From contig OZ024757.1 of NCBI GenBank assembly GCA_964016885.1, positions 20,646,001 through 20,710,000 of the forward strand: a stretch of 64,000 bases of DNA. The letters are read 5' to 3'. This DNA comes from Eledone cirrhosa (Eukaryota). Of this stretch, positions 25,794-37,117 are shown piece after piece. The notes under the pieces are model-generated. The model was given only the letters and a program-made list of their open reading frames with translations. It did no database searches and was not told where the DNA came from. Position 1 is the stretch's first letter. Each line of letters opens with the position of its first letter. The position numbers and the translations under genes were made by a program.

Positions 25794-25846
25794 ACTGTCT
25801 GAGGAGCCCAGGCTGTCATAACTGATAGACCTCGGTGAAATATGTA
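25794..25846 (+). ncRNA. Hammerhead ribozyme motif whose 3' stem I strand is replaced by a SINE tail
   Basis: CUGAGGA-GCC-C-AGG-CUGUCA(UAAC)UGAUAG-A-CCU-C-GGU-GAA-AUAUGU-A, followed directly by the SINE B tail. Confidence 0.55.
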
Positions 25847-26028
25847 TAATTGTTTCTACTTTAGGCACAAGGCCAGCAATTACCCAGTGCATTACTGGTA
25901 CTTTATTTTATCGACCCCGTAAGGATGAAAGGCAAAGTCAACCTCGGCGGGATTTGAACTCAGATCGTAAAAGGACGTAACTATGCTGGAAAGCATGGCG
26001 TCCGACCCACCACCGATACTGCCAATCC
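25847..26028 (-). mobile_element. SINE family B (inverted partner of 25313-25512)
   Basis: Reverse complement match. Confidence 0.88.
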
Positions 26029-26047
26029 ATATATATATATATATAGT

Positions 26048-26237
26048 GTAGGCGCCACGAAAAAGCCCCCAGCACTCACTGTAAATGAGGTTGGTGTTAG
26101 GAAGGGCATCCAGCTGTAGTAGAAATCAAGCCAAATCAGTTCCTGTATGAGCAAGGCATGGTCAGCCGACCAGACACTGCCCACAACAGGACAACCCGTC
26201 TAACCCATGCTAGCGTGGAAGAACGGACGTAAAACGG

Positions 26238-26272
<35 letters not shown>
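26048..26272 (+). mobile_element. SINE A 3' half (long tail) with (GAT)n
   Basis: ggtgttaggaagggcatccagctg...cggacgtaaaacggtgatgat. Confidence 0.8.
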
Positions 26273-26274
<2 letters not shown>

Positions 26275-26950
26275 AGGGTGGTGGGACAGAGTCCTCAAAC
26301 GCTCCTTCCAACAGATCCTGTCAGAAGCAACTGTCTCTAACTGAACCGGCTGGATCCCCAAACAAGACCAGCCAATCTCATTGATGTTATCCAGCCATTT
26401 TGCTCGAGGTCTACCACACTGGGTCTCCTAAAATCTGTCCAGTGATTCTTTCCTGAGACATTCTAACTATATGTCCATAGTATCGGAGCTGTGATCTCTC
26501 AATTCAGGGATGTAGCAGTTCAATCTGGAGTGACTCACTGATTTCCAAGCTATGCACTCTATCGAGTAATGTCACTCCAAAGACCCTTCGGAGGAACCCC
26601 ATTTTGGTCACTTGTATTTGCGATTGTATTATTTCGGTCATTACCCAAAATTCACGACCATAAGTAAGGGCTGGCACGGATACCGATTTGAAGATAACAA
26701 GTTTGGTTTTTACATCTACCTCCTTTCTTCTGATTACCAAATGCTGAAGTTCCTGCAATTCTTACACTTAAGGCCTTCTGCCTTCCATCACTCATGGATA
26801 CAGCCCTGAGATGCATGAACTTCTCCACCTGCTTCAGTGGAACTCCATTCACATGTAGTGCACTGTGCAGGCTTCCTTGAGAGGACGAGTGTCTCAGTTT
26901 TGACAGCACTGATTTTCATTCCAGCCATGCAGCACTCAAGCTGCAAGAAA
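26275..26950 (-). mobile_element. Decayed RTE-clade LINE (second family) RT C-terminal region
   Basis: MKISAVKTETLVLSRK...VNGVPLKQVEKF...KTKLVIFKSVSVPALTYGREFWVMTE...MGFLRRVFGVTLLDRVHS with frameshifts. Confidence 0.88.
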
Positions 26951-27117
26951 ATAGTACTCAATACCGAAGTAGGAGTTTTAATATTCATTTTATTAAGGCT
27001 AAATAGTAAGTCTCGTTACTCTGGCGTTTCGCTTGTTTATCACAGTCATCTTGTCTACTTCTGTATTGAGTACTATTTTCTCGCAGCTGTCAACCACATA
27101 CCAATATATATATATAT

Positions 27118-27482
27118 ATCATCATCATCATCATCGTTTAACGTCCATGTTCCACGCTTGCATGGGTTTGGACGGGAGTTTTCCCACTTGAGGCAAGAGT
27201 GGTTGTCTTGCTCGCATAGGACTGTCTGGCAGGTTTTCTACAGCTGGATGCCATTCCTAACACCAACCACATTAGGAAGGGCATCCAGCTGTATATATAT
27301 ATATAATTGTTTCTACTTTTGGCACAAGGCCAGCAATTATCCCAGTGCATTACTGGTACTTTATTTTATCGACCCCGCAAGGATAAAAGGCAAAGTTAAC
27401 GTCGGCGGGATTTGAACTCAGAATGGCAAGGGCCGTAACTCTATGCATCAAAGCATGACGTCCGACCCTCTACCGATACTAC
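27118..27482 (-). mobile_element. RTE 3' tail ending in a fold-back, followed by SINE family B
   Basis: Tail matches 19980-20125 reversed; SINE B at 27303-27482. Confidence 0.82.
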
Positions 27483-28403
27483 CTTCACTCAGATTCCTTA
27501 TACTAAATTTATTACCAAGACAAAAGTAAGAGATACTTGCCCAAGGTGGTTATGCAGTGGGACCAAATACAGAATCAGGTAATTATAAAGCAAACACCTT
27601 AACGACATAACTGTCTCTCCACCCATTTCATTAATTTGCATTTTTTAGTACAAATAGCAGAAAATTCTCTTTGCCAAAATTTATAAAAGACTTTTTTGAA
27701 TGAGATTAATTAGAAAAATTGTGGCTTCTTCTAGCTGATGATGCCAATCACTACTGACTTTTAATTGGATAGCTGACAGATTAATATTTCAAAAAGAGAG
27801 GGGGGGAGAAAGGAGGTTGGAGGAGAGAGAGAGTGTGTAAGAAAATATGAAAGAAAGATAGAAGTGGTGGTGGTAAAAATTGTTGAAAGTAAAATGTTTA
27901 CTTAGATTTAAGACTTGCAGACAAGAAAGCCATATCTGAGTATAGTTCATAGACATTTTTAAGGATATTTAAAATAAAATTTTGGAAATAAATGTTCTTT
28001 TTTACTTGCTATTACTTGTTATTTATTTGGCAGCTAGCTGAGATAAATGTCATAATGCGACAAAAACTAGAATGAGATGGAAGTTATTTTTCAATTTTCT
28101 TCTCCCCTGAATCATAAAGTGTGTGTGAAAGTGTGTGAGGGTGTGAAATGATGATGAGGAGGAGGGTTGGGGGGGGGGGGTGTAGCTGTGTGATAGGAGT
28201 GGGAAACAGGGGACATGGTATGGGAAAGAAGGAATTATTTAAAAAAAAATGTTTGTGGTGTATGATAGGCATTAAACTAGTTTGTTTGAAGCAGTATGAT
28301 TGTGGCACCTATGGAAACAACAACTTATGAAACACAAATCAGCAGTTATAATTGTTTTTTTAATTTAGGCACAAAGCCAGCCATTTGAGGGGAGGAAAAA
28401 GTC

Positions 28404-28568
28404 ACCATCCTTCAGAGTAAAGTCAAGGGAGGGTGAAGAAGAGGCAAAGAAAATCCTGGTCCAACAACAACATCAAAGACTGACCAGTCCAGTCTTTGAT
28501 GTTGTTGTTGGACCAGGATTTTCTTTGCCTCTTCTTCACCCTCCCTTGACTTTACTCTGAAGGATGGT
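28404..28568. repeat. Perfect 79-bp inverted repeat with a 7-nt loop, derived from an RTE-like LINE fragment
   Basis: 28404-28482 is the exact reverse complement of 28490-28568; left arm reads TILQSKVKGG*RRG/RKSWSNNNIKD. Confidence 0.95.
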
Positions 28569-28634
28569 TTTAGTCATAACACTGAGACCTTTCTACAATG
28601 GGGAACAGAGACCAGAAGTGATGGCTAACTACAA

Positions 28635-29368
28635 CTGGCTGTAACAGTGGCACATCTAGATGGTACCATAACAACTGGCTGTACTAGTGGCACATTAAGA
28701 GTGGCATCCCAACGTCTAGCTGCTCCAGTGGCACATCTAGAGTGACATCCCAACGTCTGGCTGCACCAGTTGCACATCTAGAGTGGCAACCCAATGTCTG
28801 GCTGCACCAGTTGCACATTAAGAGTGGCATCCCAACATCTGGCTGCACCAGTTGCACATCTAGAGTGGCATCCCAATGTCTGGCTGCACCAGTTGCACAT
28901 CTAGAGTGGCATCCCAACGTCTGGCTGCACCAGTTGCACATCTAGAGTGACATCCCAACGTCTGGATACACCAGTTACACATCTAGAGTGACATCCCAAC
29001 GTCTGGCTGCACCAGTTGCACATCTAGAGTGACATCCCAACATCTGGCTGCACCAGTTGCACATCTAGAGTGACACCCCAATGACTGGCTGCACCAGTTA
29101 CACATCTAGTGTGACACCGCAATGACTGGCTGCACCAGTTACACATCTAGTGTGACACCGCAATGACTGGCTGCACCAGTTGCACATCTAGAGTGACACC
29201 CCAATGACTGGCTGCACCAGTTGCACATCTAGAGTGACGCCCCAATGAGTGGCTGCACCAGTTACACATCTAGTGTGACACCGCAATGACTGGCTGCACC
29301 AGTTGTACATCTAGAGTGGACTCCCAACGTCTGGCTGCACCAGTTGCACATCTAGAGTGGCACCCCAG
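28635..29368. repeat. 41-bp minisatellite (ctggctgcaccagttgcacatctagagtggcatcccaacgt)
   Basis: Units at 28757, 28798 and onward; about 17 copies. Confidence 0.93.
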
Positions 29369-29929
29369 CAACTGCTGTTCACATTCAGAACCTAGCTACT
29401 GCCATGAGCGACAAACCCACATGGAGATTTATCATTGAGTTTATTTCGGTCAAGGTCACCGCAATAATGAAGTATGAAAGTAAAAAGGGCTATAATTTAG
29501 AATAAATGGTAAACTATTGAACTGATGCCTTCACCAGGGCTGGATTTATTGGGGTACCCAAGATAAGATATTCATGGCTGGAATGCTTTGATCAAAGTCT
29601 GGATGCTTCATCAGAATTAAGAGATAAATAACAACAGTTACAATCAATAAACAGAATGAATCATCTGGTGGTGTAGAATTTAGTAATTTGCTCTTGGTAG
29701 CCAAACTACTAAGCACACAAAATAGCCTATATGAGAATCAATTAATTTTTATACATAAATATGATTCTAGTTTTACTTTAAAATTGCTTTATGACAAGGC
29801 TAGAAATATGATATTCCTACATAAAATTAATTACAAATTCTAAGGTGTTTACGTAATGTTCTCATTAATGCTACTAACTGTAGCAATCTGCCTCAAGTAC
29901 CTTCATTGGATGGGAAAAACATGAAAAGT

Positions 29930-30950
29930 ATAAAATTCATTTTGACAAACAGAAACATCAGTATATATTATAAAAACATCCTGAAAACATACATATGGTC
30001 TGTTCTTCTATACGGCTGTGACTGCTGGACAATCTCTCTATATATATAAAACTGAGGATGCCTGTCTGTGTTTGAATCCCTAAAACTAGAGAAGCACCCA
30101 ACCGACTGTTTTCAAACTTTACACATGTAATACTTATGTTTCAGGGAGTGTTCTGAGCAAAAGAAATTTCAAATTTTCAATGCCCTAGGGACCGCATTAA
30201 GTGATTTAGCTATCTCTATAATTCTTAGTCTTTCTCTTTTTAGATACATACATATAACGTCGCGCCCTTATAATATCTGTCTGTATGTCTGGCTGTCTGC
30301 ATTACGTCACTTCCTACAATTCGATGCGCCCTTATAATATCTGTCTGTATGTCTGGCTGTCTGCATTACGTCACTTCCTACAATTCGATGCACCCTTATA
30401 ATATCTGTCTGTATGTCTGGCTGTCTGCATTACGTCACTTCCTACAATTCGATGCGCCCTTATAAGATCTGTCTGTATGTCTGGCTGTCTGCATTACATC
30501 ACTTCCTACAATTCGATGCGCCCTTATAAGATCTGTCTGTATGTCTGGCTGTCTGCATTACGTCACTTCCTACAATTCGTCGCGCCCTTATAATATCTGT
30601 CTGTATGTCTGGCTGTCTCCGGTTATTCTGCCACCCTTGCTCAAGACAAATCTCACACTCATTCCCCAAACAGTTGGTAAGCGCACAAACAACTTCTTCC
30701 TCACGTTTTAAGCCACAGTGTTGCTTACTTACTTACGTACCACCAGACCCTTACTTCTTTGCCAGCAGTGGTTGTGGCAATACTAAGCTTAGCTAAGGCG
30801 GTTATATATTTCACAATAGCTTATCCCGTGCAACGCTGGGTACCACTGCTAGTAAGCAATAAAATGGTAAGGAAACTGGACACCACTGGAATGTGGTTCA
30901 TCTGGAGAATATTGAAAATATCTTGGACGGAAAAGAAAACCAGCACCAGA
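29930..30950 (+). mobile_element. RTE-like LINE fragment split by a Helitron (29930-30032 and 30853-30950)
   Basis: Joined empty site reads in frame KNILKTYIWSVLLYGCDCWTISNKMVRKLDTTGMWFIWRILKISWTEKKTS. Confidence 0.85.
30033..30852 (+). mobile_element. Non-autonomous Helitron (820 bp) with an internal 64-bp tandem repeat (about 30263-30620)
   Basis: 5' TC, 3' CTAG, inserted between A and T with no TSD; subterminal imperfect hairpin cccgtgcaacgctggg at 30825-30840. Confidence 0.88.
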
Positions 30951-30987
30951 TAATGATGATTATGAAAAAAACACATACTATATATGG

Positions 30988-31308
30988 GAGGCACATGGCT
31001 TAGTGGTTAGAGCATTGACCTTGCAATCGAAAGGTTGTGAGTTCAATTCTCAGACCGGGTGATGTGTTGTTTCCTTCAGCAAGACACTTTATTTCACATT
31101 GCTCCAGTTTACTCAGCTGTAGAAATGAGATGATAGGGACTGGGGTCCCTATCATTCCACTGCAAAGTGGCTGTGGAGGTGCCACGACAAAAAAGCACCC
31201 AGTACTCACTGTAAATGAGGTTGGTGTTAGGAAGGGCATCCAGCTGTAGAAATCAAGCCAGAATCAGTCCCGTCCCACCCTTGCAAGCAGGGAAAAGCGG
31301 ACGTAAAA

Positions 31309-31340
<32 letters not shown>
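30988..31340 (+). mobile_element. SINE family A, full length
   Basis: Near-identical to 3661-4008. Confidence 0.9.
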
Positions 31341-31349
31341 ATAGTTTAG

Positions 31350-31955
31350 ATTATAGAGTTATAGCTCTTTATGTTCTGAGTTCAAATCCCGCTGAGGTTA
31401 ACATTGCCTTTCATCCTTACAGAGTCGATAAAATAAAGTACCAGTAACGTACTGGGGGTCAATTTAATCGACTTTCCCTCCCGCCAAATTACTCGCCTTG
31501 TGCCTATACTAGAAATCATTATTATTACACACAAAGCCAGCAAAATATCCCAGTGTATTACTGGTACTTTATTTTATCGACCTCGTAAGGATGAAAGGCT
31601 AAGTCAAATCCCGTCGAGGTTAACTTTGCCTTTCATCCTTACGGGGTTGGTTGATAAAATAAAGTACCAGTAATGTCGATTTAATCAATCCCCCCCCCCC
31701 CCCCCAAAAAAAAATTGATGCCCTTGTGTTTAAATCAGACGCCATTATGAGGTGGAGTGGCAGAATCGGTAGAGTGTCGGACAATAGGCTTTACTGCATA
31801 TAGTTACAACCTTTTATATTCTGAGTTCAAGTCCAACAAAATTTAGCTTTGTCTTTCATCCTTACAGGGTTGATAAAAAGTACCAGTAATGCACTGGGGC
31901 CATTCAATCAACTTTCCCCTTCCTTTCAAATTGCTGGCATTGTAAGTAGAAACAG
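31350..31955. mobile_element. Cluster of SINE family B pieces in both orientations
   Basis: Repeated gcctttcatcctta...gataaaataaagtaccag and its reverse complement. Confidence 0.78.
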
Positions 31956-32323
31956 GTAGTAGTAGTAGTAGTAGTAGTAGCAGCAGTAACAGTAGTAGTA
32001 GTAGTAGAAGTAGTTGCAGCAGCAACAGTAGTAGTAGTAGTAGCAGTAGTAGTAGCAGCAGCAGTAGTAGTAGCAGTAGCAGCAGCAGTAGTAGTAGTAA
32101 CAGTAGTAGTAGTAGTAGAAGTAGTAGCAGCAGCAGTAGTAGTAGTAGCAGTAGTAGCAGTAGTAGTAGTAGTAGCAGTAGTAGTAGTAGCAGCAGCAAC
32201 AGCAGCAGTAGTAGTAGTAGCAGCAGCAACAGCAGCAGTAGTAGTAGTAGTAGTAGTAGTAGCAGCAACAGTAGTAGTCATAGTAGTAGTAGTAGTAGCA
32301 GCAACAGTAGTAGTAGTAGTAGT

Positions 32324-32358
<35 letters not shown>

Positions 32359-32665
32359 CAGCAGCAGCAACAGCAGTAGTAGTAGTAGCAGCAACAGTAG
32401 TAGTCATAGTAGTAGTAGTAGTAGCAGCAACAGTAGTAGTCATAGTAGTAGTAGTAGTAGCAGCAACAGTAGTAGTCATAGTAGTAGTAGTAGTAGTAGC
32501 AGCAACAGTAGCAGTCATAGTAGTAGTAGTAGTAGCAGCAACAGTAGTAGTCATAGTAGTAGTAGTAGCAGCAACAGTAGTAGTCAGAGTAGTAGTAGTA
32601 GTAGCAGTAACAGTAGTAGTAGTAGTAGTAGTAGTAGCAGTAACAGTAGTAGTAGTAGTAGTGTT
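31956..32665. repeat. (AGT/AGC)n trinucleotide array
   Basis: Direct reading; gives the poly-L/T/Y ORFs. Confidence 0.95.
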
Positions 32666-32859
32666 GGAACAATAGCATAATTGATTGGAGATGAAATAAA
32701 AACTGTTACATTGTATAGTGGTGCTGTTGCTATGGCAACATATTGTTTTAATGGGTTGCCAGAAGTTGCTAAATCATTAAGGGTGGACTCCACCCCAACT
32801 TGTCCTCCTCATCCTTTATCTTTCTAGGTCCACCTCTCCAGTCCACCCTCATACCCACT

Positions 32860-33530
32860 TCAACCCACCACCGCCATCTAACCCCTATTGTCTTGTCTCC
32901 ACCACCACCCTAACCCTCTGTCCTACCTACTCCACCACCCTTTACCTGACTACACCTAACATGTCTACCACCCCACCACCCCCACTATCCTGTCTAACCA
33001 CCCGCACCACTGCCATCTAACCTATCCACCCCACCGCCCCCACTATCCTGTCTACCACCCCCACCATCCTGTCTACCACCCCACCACCACTATCCTGTCT
33101 ACCCCCCCACTATCCTGCCGACCACCCCCACCACTGCCATCTAACCTATCCACCCCACCGCCCCCACTATCCTGTCTAATCACCCGCACCACTGCCATCT
33201 AACCAATCCACCCCACCGCCCCCACCATCCTGTCTACCACCCCACCACCACTATCCTGTCTACCACCCCCACCACCACCACTATCCTGTCTACCACCCCC
33301 ACCACTGCCATCTAACCAATCCACCCCACCGCCCCCACCATCCTGTCTACCACCCCCACCATCCTGTCTACCACCCCACCACCACCACTATCCTGTCTAC
33401 CACCCCCACCACTGCCATCTAACCAATCCACCCCACCGCCCCCACTATCCTGTCTACCACCCCCACCATCTTGTCTACCACCCCACCACCACCACTGCCA
33501 TCTAACCTATCCACCCCACCACCACCCATG
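32860..33530. repeat. C-rich degenerate minisatellite (ccactatcctgtctaccaccccca)
   Basis: Direct reading. Confidence 0.85.
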
Positions 33531-33705
33531 TCCAACCTTATCTCTCCCCTCACGATGTAGCCCAAGGAAGTCTTTCATTGATTACAATAAAACACACTCA
33601 CTGTTTGGTTTGGTTGGTTTTCACTTCTGTATCTTTTATATCTCTATAGTTAATTGATCCTGCAATCAATGTTTATTATTGATTGACCAGTGGTTAAAAA
33701 TGCAG

Positions 33706-33785
<80 letters not shown>

Positions 33786-33786
<1 letters not shown>

Positions 33787-33829
33787 ATCAAAGTTCTTTC
33801 ATCACACACCTGTGACATCATCAGTGGTA
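33786..33829 (-). ncRNA. Minimal hammerhead ribozyme motif downstream of the PLE endonuclease
   Basis: Minus strand UACCA-CUGAUGA-U-GUCACA(GGUG)UGUGAU-GAA-AGAACU-U-UGAUA; same family as 11958-12000 and a disrupted copy at 18362-18416. Confidence 0.65.
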
Positions 33830-34068
33830 CAATTATGTTTCCTCCTGTTGTATTGTAATGTCTACTCCATTTTTATTTTTATTTTTATTTATTTATTTAT
33901 TCTTGTTTCTGTTTGTGCATATGTTTGTGTGTGTGTTCGTGTCTGAGTCTGTGTGTTTTTGTATTCTATCTTTGTTCACTAGTGTGTGTTTATGTGTGTT
34001 TGTTGTTATTGTACTTGTGTATATATTTATTTATTTATTTATATTTACCTTAGGTCAGTAGTGTGTGT

Positions 34069-34517
34069 TTAAGTATGGTTATTGTTATTATTCCATTTGT
34101 TTTTTCTGTTCAACTTTGGTTTTCTTAGTTCTATTTCAGTTGCTTCTCTGATTTGTCTACCTGTTGAGCTATTTCTATGTTTAGATATTATTTTAATTTC
34201 TATGTTGTCTATATTACCATCATGTCTTTGTCTGCCATGTTCATATAGTACCAAACCGTCTTTTTGTCCTTTTAGTTCCCCCCAGTGTTGGTCTATTCTT
34301 TCTCCTATGCTACGAGCTGTCTAACCTATGTATGTCGTTGTCATGTTTCTGCAAGTACCCTCTGTACATCTTATGCTATAGACTACATTTCTATTTTTAC
34401 AATTTATTTGTGAATTTATTCTACATATAACACATTTTTTTATTAGTACAGTGAGTTTTCCTAAAGGGGTATGTTTTGCTGATCAGGGATTTTACGGTAG
34501 TTCCTGGCTTTTCTACC

Positions 34518-34519
<2 letters not shown>
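34069..34519 (-). pseudogene. Penelope-like element GIY-YIG endonuclease, pseudogenised and 5'-truncated
   Basis: Manual translation [77 protein letters not shown]...YEHGRQRH...RQIREATEIELRKPKLNRKNKW; VVY/YIG, R, H, E, N motifs with a Cys-rich linker; one frameshift and one stop. Confidence 0.88.
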
Positions 34520-34554
<35 letters not shown>

Positions 34555-34691
34555 ATATATATATATATATATTAATGAATCATCAGCCATTAGTGTCCAC
34601 ATTCCCTGATAGCAAGGGTTGGAGTATATATATGTATATATATATATACATATATATGTGTGTGTGCGTGTGTGTATATGTGCGTATATAT

Positions 34692-34722
<31 letters not shown>

Positions 34723-35244
34723 GGTATATAAAATAAATGGAAATAAAATATAATAAAGTAAAGTTTATGTGTGAAAAAAAAAAGGAAACCAAAGCCAGCC
34801 CCCTGTCCATGGTGTTGGAACTAGAAACAGGGAAGTGCTAATGTAAAGAGAAGTAATCGATAATAATAACAATGATGAAGACTGAAGAAATAAAGGAGCC
34901 AGCAGCTGGAGTAGAAGTCAATCTGTATACAAGAGAACACAAGGGAAGTTAATCTGCCAGAAAACATGGAATCACTACATGAATGTTATTGTAGTTCCAC
35001 AAAACCCTCCCAGGGGAAGAAGTTGTATATATTCATAAACAGAGGGAGAAAAAAAAAAAAAAAAAAAAAAAAAAAGGGGGGTGTATGGTGGGAGACTGAC
35101 AAACTCTACCGACCTAGTGTCCATGGAGGAGATTAACAGCTAGCAGTACCTGCTAAATCAGCCTCACGGGAACAGGAGAAACTCTGCACCCTTGGCTGTA
35201 TGGTTACATCTCAGCTATGTCCTACCGACAAGATGGCAAAAAGC

Positions 35245-35939
35245 AAATGCCAGGTTTTCTACGGCTGGATGCCCTTCCTAACACCAACCACATTTACAGT
35301 ATCGACTGGGAGCTTTTTACCGTGTTACCTACATGACCTCATTACAGCGTGGACTGTTTTTTTTTTGTCGTGACACCTACACAATCTCATTAGTTTGGAC
35401 TGGATGTTGTGGTATCAACATAACTTTATAGAGAAAGGTTGGTGGTGGCGAGAGAGAGTGGGAGGATGGTTGGGGTGTATGTTTGGTTTGGAGGGGCCTA
35501 CTGACTGTAGGTTAACTTTGCACATAGGGAAGGCGGGTCTTCTGTATTAATGCGTGGCGCCAAAGATCTCGATCCAGTGACATTGTCTTAGAGAGGTGCA
35601 AGTGTGTAAGGTTGGAATTTATCATGTCGTCCTAGGTTTTTCTGGGTCTGCCTACTCCGTAACAGCCATCAATTTTGATCGGCCTGCACTTTTTTATACA
35701 GCTGTCGTCTTTCATGCGCATCAGGTGACCACACCAACGTAGTCTTCTCTCAAGTAAACAGCATCTGATCCCTCTTATTCCTAATCTCTCACTTAGTTCA
35801 TCTATGTTTTGCCGTTCGTGTATATTACTATTACACATCCAACGGAGCATGCATGCTTCGTTCCTCTCCAGTCTGCGCAAGTCCTCTGCACACAATGCCC
35901 ATGTCTCACTGCCAAGTAACATTGCTGTTTGTATACAAG

Positions 35940-35943
<4 letters not shown>
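35245..35943 (-). mobile_element. RTE LINE 3' fragment (family of 19318-20125)
   Basis: MLLGSETWALCAEDLRRLERNEACMLRWM...GRPRKT. Confidence 0.9.
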
Positions 35944-35984
<41 letters not shown>

Positions 35985-36123
35985 TTTGACAATTGCTACC
36001 GATGAATGCGAGAAAGTTCTCCAGAAATTAACCAGGACTTTAAAAAGACTACTATAGCTTGTTTAGCTTATACGTAAATCCCACTCTGTATATACACACA
36101 CATATATATATATATATATACAC

Positions 36124-36224
36124 ATACATGCACACATATATATATGTACATATGGATTCACCGAGCATTATAATAAATGTTCGGTGAATCCATACGTACA
36201 TATATATATGTGTGCATGTATGTA
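36124..36224. repeat. Long fold-back hairpin
   Basis: ...tgtacatatggattcaccgagcat-loop-atgttcggtgaatccatacgtaca...; stem extends into TA/CA repeats. Confidence 0.75.
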
Positions 36225-36369
36225 TATATATATATATACATACATACTACTGTACGTCTGTATACATATATGTATGTACGTGTACATACTTATATTTAAG
36301 TAACAGCCGTACGAAGAGTGGGAAATGAAATGTTGTTTCATTTTTTCCGTATATATATATATATATATA

Positions 36370-36510
36370 TAACAAAGGAGGTGTGGTAAGGAACCAGATG
36401 GACTATAACACACCAGAGTACTCAATACTTAGAGTAGTGGAGTAGGTAATAGTCCAGAAATATCCGTGGAAACAGTTTGAGCTCTGCTGTCGGGGTTAAA
36501 CATTTTCCCA
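36370..36510. mobile_element. Short dispersed repeat embedded in (TA)n (copies near 59453-59572, 60468-60605 and reversed near 55385-55480)
   Basis: ggaggtgtggtaaggaaccagatggac...ccagagtactcaatacttag...gaaacag-ttgagctctgc; class unknown. Confidence 0.65.
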
Positions 36511-36673
36511 TATATATATATATATATATATATATAGCTCATATAAAATAATACGCCCAATTATCCACACAATACAATAATGTTTAATTGGGAATATACT
36601 CCGGTATTTCCTAATGTTTGTTGAGTGAGTTGGAAATTGGTCGGAGTATCGCTATTAGCTTTCTCCGTTTATG

Positions 36674-36710
<37 letters not shown>

Positions 36711-36761
36711 CAGGAAAGAAGGTTGACATGGTTTGCTATACAAAAAAGGTTTAATCACATA

Positions 36762-36867
36762 GCTTACATTTGTTTCACTGAGCTGGTAGGTCTAGAGATC
36801 GCTATTCGCTTATTTTCGCATTACTCGATCGACAATACAAAATTATAACCAGTCAGATCTTCGGAGC
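36762..36867 (-). ncRNA. Hammerhead ribozyme variant (U4C core) with expanded stem II, inside a 32-bp inverted repeat (36705-36736 / 36878-36909)
   Basis: Minus strand GCU-CCGAAGA-U-CUGA-CUGGU...ACCAG-C-UCAG-U-GAA-ACAAAUGU-A-AGC. Confidence 0.5.
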
Positions 36868-37083
36868 ATGCGAGAATGCAAACCATGTCAACCTTCTTTC
36901 CTGATTTATTATTACTCCAAGTGTTTACAACATAGGAATTACGGCATACCCGCAGCATCACTATGAAAACGCCTTGTTGAGTCAAACTAAGCCAAGAGTT
37001 AATATCATCCACTACCTGGAATACCATAACTGGACTTTACCTAGGTGGACTGCATTTAACTATTATTTGTTACCCCGTATATA

Positions 37084-37117
<34 letters not shown>

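Noticed and set aside
31843-32678. Poly-L/T/Y/C ORFs (likewise 10852-11589, 22259-23143, 37907-38870, 46573-46989, 61985-62459)
   Set aside because: Translations of di-, tri- and tetranucleotide microsatellites
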